A stretch of DNA of 64,000 nucleotides from Candidatus Iainarchaeum sp. (lineage in GTDB: Archaea; Iainarchaeota; Iainarchaeia; Iainarchaeales; 1-14-0-10-31-34): assembly GCA_040755695.1 (NCBI GenBank), contig JBFMAK010000001.1, positions 128,637-192,636 of the forward strand, in the 5' to 3' direction. Shown piece after piece: positions 9,688 through 19,367 of this stretch (positions are counted from its first letter, which is position 1; every line of letters starts with the position of its first letter). A program made the translations under genes and the position numbers. The notes below the pieces were generated by a model. The model worked only from the letters and a program-made list of their open reading frames with translations, was not told the origin of the DNA and did no database searches.

Positions 9688-12600
9688 TTGAAGGTAGATA
9701 AATTGCAGGAAGCATTAATTGCCATCATAATTGGAATAATTGTTGTTGCTGCAGGTGCAACATTCATTGTAATGCAGCCAACAGGAAAAGCTCCAACCGG
9801 GCCTCCGCCTGAATGTGACTGCGTTATAACTTCTTGTAATACTTCCGTGCCAGAAATAGCTCCAAGCTCAACGAATGATTTAGTTACAGTAAGCTGGAGT
9901 TTTAATTCAGGTGACAGAACAGAACTTCAAAGGTCGCTTAATGGGAGTACCTGGAATACAATATACCAAGATGATAATCCAACACAGACCGACCACCAGT
10001 ACTCTGACATAAGTGTTTCAAACGGAACAAAATATTATTATAGGGCAGTGAATTACGGCCATGCAGTAGAATGCATGTGCGGCCGAGGAGCAGATTGTAG
10101 CCTCACTTCAGGCACAGTAAATGTAACGCCTGTTGCCCCCCCTGAAAAACCAACTGTAAGCCCGGGGAATGCACAAGTGAGTGTTTCCTGGAATTCTGTG
10201 CAGGGAGCAATAAATTATAAGATTCAAAGGAATGGAACAGATTTAAGCAATACAATTACTGGAACTACTTTCACTGACACAGGCCTAACAAACGGCCTCT
10301 CATATTATTATGCCGTTAAAGCCTGCTCTTCAACTGGCTGCAGTGAGCCCTCTGTTCAATCAGATACAGTTGTTCCTTCAGCAGGAAACCAGCCTCCTTC
10401 GCTGAACACTTTCGGTCCTTACGCATTAAACCTGCAGAAATTCAGCAATGTGCTGATTAAAGGCACTGCAACAGACTCTGACGGTACAATTGCTTCAATT
10501 GACTGGACTTCAAGCGATTGCACTATTCTCTCTCCAATGAAGCAGGGCATAGGCACTGCGACAGCAAACATTGCTGCTACAGCGCAATGCACTCAATTAG
10601 GAATAAAGACTGCTGCGCTCACAGCAACAGACAATGCAGGGGCAACAAATTCTGCTCAAGCACAAATTGATGTGTTTAATTTAAAGGTGAATTCAGCTTC
10701 AACAAATAAAACCTCGTATCAGGGAGGGGAAACAATTACATTTAATGCTTCATGGATTTCAAGCTATGTTCCTGCAAATGTTTACTTCTGCAAGAGTGCA
10801 ACAATTAATTCTACTCCACCTTACTGTACGGACTTGGCGTGGTGTTCTATTCCAGTTCTGGACTCAAGCACTAATTCAGGCAGCTGCAATTACAATTCTT
10901 CGAATTCCGATACAGGAACAAAAAATTATTATCCCATAATAATTAACTCAAAAGGCTACATTGACAGCGCCTATCCTTCAGGCAGCTTCACTGTAATTCA
11001 AAGCAATGACACTCAAGCGCCAACAGTAACAATTACTTCACCCCAAAACAATTCTACAGTTTCAGGCACAGTGACAGTAAATGCAGATGCAAGCGATAAT
11101 CTTGGGGTCTCAAAAGTTGAATTCTACATTGACGATGACAATATACCCAAGTTAACTGACACTACAGCGCCTTACTCCTATCAGTGGGACACAACAACAT
11201 ACTCTAATGCCCCGCACACAATCAAAGTGAAAGCATACGATGCAGCAGACAATAATGCTTCTGCTTCAATTGCAGTAACAGTAAGCAATAATTTGCCTCA
11301 GCCTCCTGCTGTTCCAGCAGGGCTTGCAGGGGCTATAGGAGACACCAATGCAATTCTCAGCTGGATTGCAGTTTCAGGGGCGAACTCTTACACGCTTGGA
11401 TGGAACACAAACAATTCTTCCTCTTATATTGACATCAATAATATTACAGCAAATTCTTATGTTCACAGGAACCTGAACAACGAAACAACATATTATTATG
11501 CTGTCAAGGCCTGCAATGCCAATGGCTGCAGCGCCTTTTCTTCTCCAAATGTTTCAGTCAAGCCAATGGCGTGCACAAGAAAAGGAGATGTAACGCACGA
11601 TAATACAATAAACTGCACTGACCTGCAGTGGCTCAGTGAAATGTATGCAGGAAGCCCGCGCAGGCAGGCCGACATGTGCGGGGACATGGACAACAGCGGC
11701 TTGATAAGCACTATTGACTTAATTAAATTAAGCCATGATTACAACCTGCAGTACTGCGGCGACACACTGCCGCCAATAATTTCAATAACCCGTCCAGTAA
11801 ATTACGACACAGTCACAGGCACAGTGGATATAAATGCAACAGTTACCGATGTTGGAACAATAACAAAAGCAGAATTATATATTGATGACCTCCTCAAGTC
11901 AACTGATACAACTGCCCCTTACGGTTGGTCCTGGAATACAGTGGATTCAAGCGACGGAACCCATACAATTAAAGTTAAAGCCTATGATGCAGCAGGCAAT
12001 AACGACTTTAATTCAATCATTGTAACAGTAAACAATGAAGGTTACGGGCCCCCTAAAATAAAAAGCTTTAATTGCACTGCAAGCAATCAGTCAGTAACCT
12101 TGAGCTGGACTGCAACAGGCAGCCCAACAATATACTACACTTTAAGCAGAGGCCTTTCAGCAGGCTCTTATACCGCAATAAGCAATGCAACAAACATTAC
12201 CCTCACACAATACCTTGACTCAGGCCTGAGCAATGGAACAACTTACTACTACAAACTGAAGGCAACAAACAATTACAATGGAAGCAGTTCAAGTGAAAGC
12301 ACCTGCAGTGCAACACCCCAAGCAAGAGTGTGCGGCAATGGAGTAATAGAAACAGGAGAACAATGCGAGGCAGACTCAGACTGCCATCAGCCAACCCATA
12401 AATGCGATACAGTGAACAGAAAGTACGGAACAAGGGATGTCTACTGCAGCAGCTGTTCATGCATTGCAGAGGACTGGAGCTGGAATTCAAGCACAAGTTC
12501 AGGGTCAGATTACTGCACTGAATGCGCAACCTGTGGCGACGACCAATGCAATTGTAATGAGAGCAAAAGCTCCTGTCCTGCAGACTGCGGAGGCACAACA

Positions 12601-13419
12601 ACTGATACTATACCTCCAGCAAAGCCCTCAGGCCTTGAAGCGCAGGCCGGAAACTCCAAAGTGGAATTAAGCTGGAATGCAAACTCAGAGTCAGATTTAT
12701 CAAAATACATTGTGTATTACGGCACAAGCTCAGGCTCTTATGGAACTGACATAATAGAAACAACAGGCAATTCAGCAACAGTTTACGAATTGCAGAACGG
12801 AACAACATATTATTTTTCGGTAAGGGCTGTTGATTCAAGCGGGAACAAGAGCACTTACTCAGATGAAGTTAGCTCTACACCTCAAGCCTCAATAAGCAAT
12901 GTCAATCCCCCAAGCAATGTAAAGGCATCCTTCTCTGAAGGAAAGGTGAAACTGCAGTGGAATGAGGCAAGCCCTGCGCCTGATTCCTATGAAATATACA
13001 AGAAGCTTTCGACTGAAGGCTCTTACAAGAAAATTTCCTCTACAGGAAATACAAGCTATTATGACTCTGATGTCACTCCAGGAAAAACATACAATTACAA
13101 GATTAAGTCAGTGAAAGATGGAATAAAAAGCGATTATTCGGCCAAGGCCTCAATTACAATTCCTGGAGCTCTAGAATGCAATCCAGCAAAAGATGATTAC
13201 TGCGACACAGCATGCGCGAGAGGAAAGGACCCTGACTGCAGTCCCTGCGTAAAGAACGGAGAATGCGAGAAAGACTTCAATGAAAGCTTCTCCAACTGCC
13301 CGGAAGACTGCAAGGAAGGAGTAGACATTGCCTCTCCTGAAATGGGAATAGGCGCAGGAATAGTTGCAGTTGCGGTAGTAATAGCAATAGCCTTCTTTAA
13401 GCTCATCCCTGGAACTTAA
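9688..13419 (+). CDS. Giant cell-surface glycoprotein with FN3 and Ig-like repeats, a dockerin-like module, Cys-rich modules and a C-terminal TM anchor
   Basis: N-terminal hydrophobic segment 'LIAIIIGIIVVAAG'. Dozens of N-x-S/T sequons. Repeated FN3-like units '...YYYAVKACN..GCS'. Two ~85-aa Ig-like repeats '...TDTTAPY..W.T....HTIKVKAYDAAGN'. Dockerin-like 'GDVTHDNTINCTDLQWL...GDMDNSGLISTIDLIKL'. C-terminal 'GIVAVAVVIAIAFF' helix. Confidence 0.7.
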   Translation: MKVDKLQEALIAIIIGIIVVAAGATFIVMQPTGKAPTGPPPECDCVITSCNTSVPEIAPSSTNDLVTVSWSFNSGDRTELQRSLNGSTWNTIYQDDNPTQTDHQYSDISVSNGTKYYYRAVNYGHAVECMCGRGADCSLTSGTVNVTPVAPPEKPTVSPGNAQVSVSWNSVQGAINYKIQRNGTDLSNTITGTTFTDTGLTNGLSYYYAVKACSSTGCSEPSVQSDTVVPSAGNQPPSLNTFGPYALNLQKFSNVLIKGTATDSDGTIASIDWTSSDCTILSPMKQGIGTATANIAATAQCTQLGIKTAALTATDNAGATNSAQAQIDVFNLKVNSASTNKTSYQGGETITFNASWISSYVPANVYFCKSATINSTPPYCTDLAWCSIPVLDSSTNSGSCNYNSSNSDTGTKNYYPIIINSKGYIDSAYPSGSFTVIQSNDTQAPTVTITSPQNNSTVSGTVTVNADASDNLGVSKVEFYIDDDNIPKLTDTTAPYSYQWDTTTYSNAPHTIKVKAYDAADNNASASIAVTVSNNLPQPPAVPAGLAGAIGDTNAILSWIAVSGANSYTLGWNTNNSSSYIDINNITANSYVHRNLNNETTYYYAVKACNANGCSAFSSPNVSVKPMACTRKGDVTHDNTINCTDLQWLSEMYAGSPRRQADMCGDMDNSGLISTIDLIKLSHDYNLQYCGDTLPPIISITRPVNYDTVTGTVDINATVTDVGTITKAELYIDDLLKSTDTTAPYGWSWNTVDSSDGTHTIKVKAYDAAGNNDFNSIIVTVNNEGYGPPKIKSFNCTASNQSVTLSWTATGSPTIYYTLSRGLSAGSYTAISNATNITLTQYLDSGLSNGTTYYYKLKATNNYNGSSSSESTCSATPQARVCGNGVIETGEQCEADSDCHQPTHKCDTVNRKYGTRDVYCSSCSCIAEDWSWNSSTSSGSDYCTECATCGDDQCNCNESKSSCPADCGGTTTDTIPPAKPSGLEAQAGNSKVELSWNANSESDLSKYIVYYGTSSGSYGTDIIETTGNSATVYELQNGTTYYFSVRAVDSSGNKSTYSDEVSSTPQASISNVNPPSNVKASFSEGKVKLQWNEASPAPDSYEIYKKLSTEGSYKKISSTGNTSYYDSDVTPGKTYNYKIKSVKDGIKSDYSAKASITIPGALECNPAKDDYCDTACARGKDPDCSPCVKNGECEKDFNESFSNCPEDCKEGVDIASPEMGIGAGIVAVAVVIAIAFFKLIPGT

Positions 13420-13447
13420 TTGGATTATCTTTTTATTAAATGATATT

Positions 13448-13810
13448 TTGAAACCATATTTAAGGGAAGGCAATTCAATTATGAGTGAAGAAATAGAATG
13501 CCATCTGTGCAAGGGCAAAGCAAAACTGCAGTTTGAAGAACTATCCCTAGACAAAGGGAGGATAATAATAAAGGAGTCCCCTTACTATAAGTGCTCTAAC
13601 TGCAAAGAAGAATTTGCCACAAGCCAGCAAATGGCAGGGCTTTCCGAACAAATAAACACAAAATTTACATTTCAGAGGGCAATAATAAATGCTGGAAGAA
13701 GCCTTGCCATTACATTGTCTTCGGACATAGCCCACTTCTACAAACTAAAAAAAGGAAAAAAAATAAAGATAATCCCAGAAAACAAGCACACCTTAAGGGT
13801 TATGGTTTAA
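13448..13810 (+). CDS. Zinc-ribbon (CxxC...CxxC, MqsA/YgiT-like) plus AbrB/SpoVT-like domain protein; paralogue of 19368-19715
   Basis: 'CHLCKGK...CSNCKEE' followed by a C-terminal swapped-hairpin-like 'GRSLAITLSSDIAHFYKLKKGKKIKI'. Confidence 0.45.
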   Translation: MKPYLREGNSIMSEEIECHLCKGKAKLQFEELSLDKGRIIIKESPYYKCSNCKEEFATSQQMAGLSEQINTKFTFQRAIINAGRSLAITLSSDIAHFYKLKKGKKIKIIPENKHTLRVMV

Positions 13811-13870
13811 GAAGCAAAAGAAAAAATAATTTAATTGAAATAAAATAAAATTAGCTAATAAAAAAGGTTT

Positions 13871-15316
13871 TTGCATATGCCCTCGCAGCTCTGGACTGAA
13901 AGATATTTTCCTGGAAACCTTACGGAATTCATTGGGAATACAGACATAGTTGAAAAGATTGTTGCGTGGGCCAATGAATGGAAGAAGGGAAAGAAAGGCA
14001 AGCCATTGCTCTTGTATGGCCCGACAGGAACAGGAAAGACAGCCCTTGCATATCTAATTGCAAGAATCAATAACTGGGACATATTCGAATTGAATGCATC
14101 AGACTTCAGGACAAAAGAAATAATTGAAAGGATTGTCTCAGGAGCAGCATTGAACGCAAGCTTTTCAGGGCAATTAAGGCTAATCCTCTTAGATGAAATT
14201 GACGGTCTTCAAGCCAGAGACAAAGGAGGGGCTGGAGCAGTTCTCGCAGTGCTCAAAGAAGCACAAAACCCAGTAATCCTTACAGCAAACGACATTTACT
14301 CCAACAGAAAGCTTGCGCCAATAAAAGCCTACTGCCAGCAACTCCAATTCAAGCGCGTTAACTATCTCTCAATAGCAAAAAGGCTGAAAGAAATACTGGA
14401 ATTGGAGAAGGTTTCCTTTGACCCTGAAGCAATAACTCTCCTCTCAAAAAACTGTTCAGGCGACATAAGGTCTGCATTAATTGACCTGCAAACACTTTCC
14501 ATGAAAGGAAGAATTGAAATGAAAGACATTGAAAGCCTTTCCTACAGGGAAAGAGAAGAAGATGTCTTCAAAATTCTGAGGAAGATCTTCACTGCAAAAG
14601 AATTCAGTGAAGCCCGCAATCCAAGATTCTCTTCAGAGATAAGCGATGAACTCCTGGAGAGATGGATTGAAGAAAACATTCCAAGGCACTTCACTGAACC
14701 AAATGATACAGCAAATGCTTTTGAGCGCCTGAGCAAGGCAGACATATTTAATGGCAGAATAATGAGGAGGCAGCATTACGGCTTCCTCCGTTATTCCTCG
14801 GATTTAATGACTGTTGGTGTTTCCCTTTCAAAATCAAAAGACTACCCTGGCTTCATAATGTACCAGTTCCCAAAGCTTTTGAGCTCCTTAAGCAAGAGCT
14901 CAGGCATTAGAGCAACAAAGAAAGGCCTTGCAGAAAAATTAAGCGAGAAAATCCATTCCTCAACACATGAAATCATTGGAGAAGACCTTCCCTTCATTAA
15001 AATCCTTTTCAGGAACAAAAATGAGGCGGTAGAATTCAGCGCGCAATTCGATTTAAGCGAAGAAGAAATTGCCTTCCTGCTCGGAACAAAGCCTGAAACA
15101 AAAAAAGTCAAAGAATTATACGAGAAAGCGCAGGAGAAGAAAAACAAAATCATTTCAGGCAAGAGGAGAGCCTTTTCAGGCATCACAGAATTCGAGCTGA
15201 AAAGAATAGAAGAAACAAAAAAAATTGAGGGGGAGGCAGAAGAGAGCGCAGAAGAAAAAAAGGAAACCATAGAAGAAGAAAAGCAAACTTCCCTGAAGGG
15301 TTTCCCGGGAAAATAA
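13871..15316 (+). CDS. rfcL: Replication factor C large subunit
   Basis: 'LLLYGPTGTGKT' Walker A. 'LILLDEIDGL' Walker B. Long K/E-rich C-terminal tail, typical of archaeal RfcL. No intein. Confidence 0.8.
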   Translation: MHMPSQLWTERYFPGNLTEFIGNTDIVEKIVAWANEWKKGKKGKPLLLYGPTGTGKTALAYLIARINNWDIFELNASDFRTKEIIERIVSGAALNASFSGQLRLILLDEIDGLQARDKGGAGAVLAVLKEAQNPVILTANDIYSNRKLAPIKAYCQQLQFKRVNYLSIAKRLKEILELEKVSFDPEAITLLSKNCSGDIRSALIDLQTLSMKGRIEMKDIESLSYREREEDVFKILRKIFTAKEFSEARNPRFSSEISDELLERWIEENIPRHFTEPNDTANAFERLSKADIFNGRIMRRQHYGFLRYSSDLMTVGVSLSKSKDYPGFIMYQFPKLLSSLSKSSGIRATKKGLAEKLSEKIHSSTHEIIGEDLPFIKILFRNKNEAVEFSAQFDLSEEEIAFLLGTKPETKKVKELYEKAQEKKNKIISGKRRAFSGITEFELKRIEETKKIEGEAEESAEEKKETIEEEKQTSLKGFPGK

Positions 15317-15344
15317 TCATTAAATCGTTATTTAATATTTAGCG

Positions 15345-16004
15345 TCATAATTGTTTGTAGCCTTCCTTTTTTTCAATTATAATGCCTTTAAATATTCCAA
15401 AACCGCAAGGTTCACATTCAATCTTTTTTTTATTAAGCATAGCTGTAACATACGACAACTGGATTGGAAGCAGATGCAGAAATGCTATCCCCCCAACATT
15501 TAATGAATTATAAACATTTTTTACTGCTTTGGTCATGTCTGTCGACCAAGAAATCCCGGTAAGTGAAATGATTACATCGTATTTTTTTAGTTTCTTATAA
15601 TTCTCAATTCTTCCAAGATGTACGTTATCTATTGCTTTGAAGGTCGTTCCTTTTATTTTTTTATTTGCAAGCTTCGGTCTTGTTAAAGAAATGCTTGAAG
15701 TAATAATTTTATTTCCAAATTGTTTTTTTAATTCAAGTAAAGCGCGTCCTTTGCCAGCCCCAACGTCAAGCACGCTTATTTTTTCTTTCTGTCTTAATTT
15801 TTTATTGATGAGTTGGGAAATATCTGTTCCAAACAGAAAATTATATCTTTTTAAACTCCGTCCTCTTACATAAAAAATTGAGGGCAATAATCTCCTGTCT
15901 TTCTTTCTCAATTTTTTGATAAGTTTTGCCTCTTTTATTCTTTTTTCTCTGAGTTTTTCCTTTAACCCTTCAAATTTCTCAAGAGGCATTTTGCGTTTAA
16001 ACAT
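15345..16004 (-). CDS. Class I SAM-dependent methyltransferase with a K/R-rich N-terminal tail (RNA substrate plausible)
   Basis: Motif I 'VLDVGAGKGRALLEL'. AT-rich gene. Confidence 0.5.
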   Translation of the reverse strand: MFKRKMPLEKFEGLKEKLREKRIKEAKLIKKLRKKDRRLLPSIFYVRGRSLKRYNFLFGTDISQLINKKLRQKEKISVLDVGAGKGRALLELKKQFGNKIITSSISLTRPKLANKKIKGTTFKAIDNVHLGRIENYKKLKKYDVIISLTGISWSTDMTKAVKNVYNSLNVGGIAFLHLLPIQLSYVTAMLNKKKIECEPCGFGIFKGIIIEKKEGYKQL

Positions 16005-16030
16005 ACGAACTCTCTTTTAGTAACTAAAAT

Positions 16031-17398
16031 TCACTCTAATTCTAATTCTTCCTGGACTTCCTCTTTGGATTCAAGGGAAGAGTTCTTCACGATATAGTTT
16101 TCTATTTCCTTTGAGATTTTTTTCCTGTAAAAGTAAAGTATTGCCCCAACCACAATTATTGCTGCCAGGACAAGGAATTTGTAGGGCGCCCCCATTAATT
16201 CCAAGGCGAATTTGGCTGTATCAAAGGCAGGAGCAATATTTTTTTCAAGAGTGTAGCCCAATTCAAGCCTGTTGTCTGAGGTGTAGCCCTGCCAGACAAC
16301 CCTTTTGTCTAAAACAATTCCCTGAGGCCTTACAGGCAGGATTATTTCAGCATTAATAGGGAAAGAAAAAATTATTTTTGTTTTTTCAGGGATGATTATG
16401 GTGCTCCCGCTCTGGAATTTGCTGAATTCCTTCTGGTTCAAAGTCCATTTCACAAGTCTTCCTGGCGCTTCAGACTGCCTTGAAAAAATAGGGTTATCCA
16501 AAGAATAAACAAGCCTTATATAACTTTTTTTTAGGCCGTCCTCAATAAAGGACACAGCAGCACTGCTTATTTCAGTGTCCTTTTCCCCCATGTGGGCGAA
16601 AATCTTCTGGTTTGATGCAGTCCAAACAGAAAGTGTTGAGCCATTCTTTGAGGCAAGGTCCCTGAAGTAATTTAATTCATCCTGCGATTCAAAGGAAAGA
16701 TAGTAAAATTCTTTCACTAAAGAAGCATATCCTTTTTCGTCAACCTCGATCTGGATTTCAGTCCCTGTTATCTGAGGCTGCTGGAAAGGCTTGGGCAGAG
16801 AAAAAGTCAGTTCAACGACATTGCTTGAAATAAAGCCATTCCATGTCACCTTATTATTTTCACTCAAGGCCTCAGGGCTTATTGGATAGGAGATTTCTGC
16901 CCCCACAGGCAAAGCAAAAGAAATTATTGTATTTTCAGGGATTACAAGGATTCCATCAGAATGGAACCCGTACATCTTTGTTTTATCCAAAGAAAAATAA
17001 TTCTTCTGGCCTGAAGCCTGCTCTGAAAAAAGTTTTTGGGCAGGATAAGAAAGCCTTACATATTTCTGGCTTCCTTTTTCTTCAAAAGAAAAAGTTTTAT
17101 TCTCTCCATCACTTTCGCTTGAACCAAGGCTGCTGAAGATTTCAGGATCAAAGGCCTTCCATGCAGCAGCATTCTGGCCCAAAGAAATTGCGGTTGCCTT
17201 AAATTCATTCAATTCTTCTAAGCCATTGAAATCAAAAAAGAATTTTTCTGTGATGCTTGCATTCCCTGAATTGCTTACAATAACATCAATTGAATGACCT
17301 GAGAGAACTCTTGCCTGAACGCCCGCGCCAAACAATATAAAGCATAGAACCAATGCAAAAAGCAATTTCTTCATTTTCCAAAGCCTTTTTTTTCTCAC
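16031..17398 (-). CDS. Secreted, membrane-anchored protein with two internal repeat domains
   Basis: Signal peptide 'KKLLFALVLCFILFGAGVQA'. C-terminal TM 'LVLAAIIVVGAILYFY' followed by an acidic tail. Confidence 0.4.
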   Translation of the reverse strand: MRKKRLWKMKKLLFALVLCFILFGAGVQARVLSGHSIDVIVSNSGNASITEKFFFDFNGLEELNEFKATAISLGQNAAAWKAFDPEIFSSLGSSESDGENKTFSFEEKGSQKYVRLSYPAQKLFSEQASGQKNYFSLDKTKMYGFHSDGILVIPENTIISFALPVGAEISYPISPEALSENNKVTWNGFISSNVVELTFSLPKPFQQPQITGTEIQIEVDEKGYASLVKEFYYLSFESQDELNYFRDLASKNGSTLSVWTASNQKIFAHMGEKDTEISSAAVSFIEDGLKKSYIRLVYSLDNPIFSRQSEAPGRLVKWTLNQKEFSKFQSGSTIIIPEKTKIIFSFPINAEIILPVRPQGIVLDKRVVWQGYTSDNRLELGYTLEKNIAPAFDTAKFALELMGAPYKFLVLAAIIVVGAILYFYRKKISKEIENYIVKNSSLESKEEVQEELELE

Positions 17399-17458
17399 AG
17401 TAATATTATTACGAGCTCAAAATATTTATTCCTTGCACTTTTCAAAGCAAAAAACCTG

Positions 17459-17502
17459 AAATCCAAACATACTGATTTATAAATCCAAACATACTGATTT
17501 AT
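17459..17502. repeat. Perfect tandem duplication (2 x 22 bp) 'AAATCCAAACATACTGATTTAT' in a divergent promoter region
   Basis: Read directly: copies at 17459-17480 and 17481-17502. Confidence 0.8.
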
Positions 17503-17528
17503 ATTCCAGAAAATACTTATATACTATC

Positions 17529-17593
17529 GTTTCAAGCAAAGCTTGAAACATTTCAATCCACTTCAGTGGAATTGAAATCATTTCAAGCAAAAG
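17529..17593. promoter_or_regulatory. Cluster of palindromes: 'GTTTCAAGC AAA GCTTGAAAC', a 13/14-bp-stem hairpin 'ATTTCAATCCACT tc AGTGGAATTGAAAT', and a half-site 'TTTCAAGCAAAAG'
   Basis: Read directly. The first palindrome recurs almost exactly at 58097-58116. Confidence 0.5.
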
Positions 17594-17634
17594 AATTCGC
17601 TTAAAGGAAACAAGCCCAGTACCCGTGATGATTA

Positions 17635-18321
17635 ATGGTTGAAATCCAATACCTAGGCCACTCAGGCTTTAAGCTGAATTTCCCTCACACCTCAATCCTC
17701 ATTGATCCTTTCCTGAACAATTCCAATGCTGAACCTGAATTCAAGACCCTGACTAAAATCCCTTTAAAGGAAGAAGAATTCAAGGGGATTGGGCTGATAT
17801 TGATAACGCACGAGCACTTTGACCATTTCGACAAGAAAGCAATTGAAGCAATAGCAAAAAACAATGACTCTTACATTATAGGCCACGAGAGCGTCATACA
17901 GGAACTGAATGTCCCAAAGCATTTGCTCTGCCCTATAAAATTAGGCGAAAAGATTTCAATAAAAAGAATTGATGTAACTGCAGTTACAGCGCACCACCCC
18001 AATTCTTATTATCCTTTAGGTTACCTTATTGACTCAGGGAAAGAAATAATCTATCACGCAGGCGACACAGACTTAATTGATGAATTCACTGACATAAAGG
18101 CAGACATTGCATTGCTTCCAATAGGAGGAAACTTCACAATGGACTGCGTCGACGGCGTAAAAGCAACAAAGGTAATAAAACCAAAGGTCGTAATCCCAAT
18201 GCACTACAACACCTTCTCCCTCATAAAAGCCGACGCCAATGAATTCAAGTCCAAAATAGAGAAATCCATCCCCGAAACAAAAACAATAATACTACAGCCA
18301 GGCGAAACATTCAATTACTGA
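17635..18321 (+). CDS. Metallo-beta-lactamase-fold hydrolase
   Basis: 'LILITHEHFDHFD' (HxHxDH) and a downstream 'HAGD'. Confidence 0.7.
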   Translation: MVEIQYLGHSGFKLNFPHTSILIDPFLNNSNAEPEFKTLTKIPLKEEEFKGIGLILITHEHFDHFDKKAIEAIAKNNDSYIIGHESVIQELNVPKHLLCPIKLGEKISIKRIDVTAVTAHHPNSYYPLGYLIDSGKEIIYHAGDTDLIDEFTDIKADIALLPIGGNFTMDCVDGVKATKVIKPKVVIPMHYNTFSLIKADANEFKSKIEKSIPETKTIILQPGETFNY

Positions 18322-18326
18322 AAAAA

Positions 18327-19028
18327 TTAGTCCCACACATTTTTTTCTGCTTCAATTAATTGTTCTGGAGTACTTATGTCCAGCAGCCCAGCACTCAAGG
18401 GAATCCATTCCACTTTGCCGTGCACTGCAAGCCAGTTGATTGCGTCCGTTACCTCCAGTTCATTCCTCTCGCTTGGCTTAATGTTCTGTATTGCCTCAAA
18501 AATTCTTTCGCTGAACCTGTAAACTCCAGAATTAATCAAATTGGAGGGCTGCCTTCCCCTTTCAGGCTTTTCCACAATGCTTTTGAGAGTGCTTCCCTGC
18601 ACTTCAAGGACGCCATAATTCCATGGATCAGGAACCTTCCTCCCAATTAACACTGCATCAAAGCCTTTACTTGCCTTAAGGCTCTCAATTACCTGTGGCT
18701 CAAAGATCAGGTCGCCATTAACGCAAATGAAATCCTTTCCTTCAGTGAAATCCCTTGCCTGCAGTACAGCGTCTGCTGTGCCCAAAGGCTTTTCCTGCTC
18801 AATATAAGCAATTCTTACCCCCTTAAAAAAAGAGCCAAATTGCTCTACAATCATTTCCTTCCTGTACCCCACAATTACTCCAACCTCTCTGATTCCAGCT
18901 TTCCTGAAGGAATCAAAAGCCCTCTCCAGGAAACTCCTTCCCTTCACCTCAATTAAGGCCTTAGGAATTTTTTCAGTGAGAGGCCGCATCCTCAAGCCTT
19001 TTCCTGCTGCAAGAATTATTGCCTTCAT
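18327..19028 (-). CDS. Sugar-phosphate nucleotidyltransferase (glucose-1-phosphate thymidylyl/uridylyltransferase-like)
   Basis: 'MKAIILAAGKGLRMRPLTEKIPKALIEV' is the canonical NTP-transferase N-terminus. Confidence 0.75.
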   Translation of the reverse strand: MKAIILAAGKGLRMRPLTEKIPKALIEVKGRSFLERAFDSFRKAGIREVGVIVGYRKEMIVEQFGSFFKGVRIAYIEQEKPLGTADAVLQARDFTEGKDFICVNGDLIFEPQVIESLKASKGFDAVLIGRKVPDPWNYGVLEVQGSTLKSIVEKPERGRQPSNLINSGVYRFSERIFEAIQNIKPSERNELEVTDAINWLAVHGKVEWIPLSAGLLDISTPEQLIEAEKNVWD

Positions 19029-19124
19029 TGCAAAACCTTCAAAATTTAGGAAACAAAAAATTTAAACACTGATAAGGCAAAACATATTTAAATATAATAG
19101 AATACATGTATTATAGGTCTTACA

Positions 19125-19364
19125 ATGGAATTAAAAATTAACTGGGACCACAAAAGGTGCAAGCACGCAATAGAAAGAATGTGGCTGAGAGGCATATCTC
19201 ACTTAGAAGTTAAAGAAGCGCTTATGAAAGGGCAGAAAATAAAGAAATATCATGACATAATTGAATCAGTTTATTCTTATTACAGTGTTGTTTATGCCGA
19301 AAGGTTTTTTACCAAGGGGAATATAAGAAAAGTTTATCCAATAACAATAAAAATTATGGAGTGA
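19125..19364 (+). CDS. Small DUF4258-like protein (putative toxin of a zinc-ribbon antitoxin pair)
   Basis: 'CKHAIERMWLRGISHLEVKEALMKGQKI' matches my recollection of the DUF4258 core 'HA.eRM.eRgIs..ev'. Lies 3 nt upstream of the zinc-ribbon gene. Confidence 0.45.
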   Translation: MELKINWDHKRCKHAIERMWLRGISHLEVKEALMKGQKIKKYHDIIESVYSYYSVVYAERFFTKGNIRKVYPITIKIME

Positions 19365-19367
19365 TTT

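Noticed and set aside
17459-17502. Possible CRISPR array (22-bp direct repeat)
   Set aside because: Only two immediately adjacent copies with no spacers and no further copies; this is a simple tandem duplication in a promoter region.
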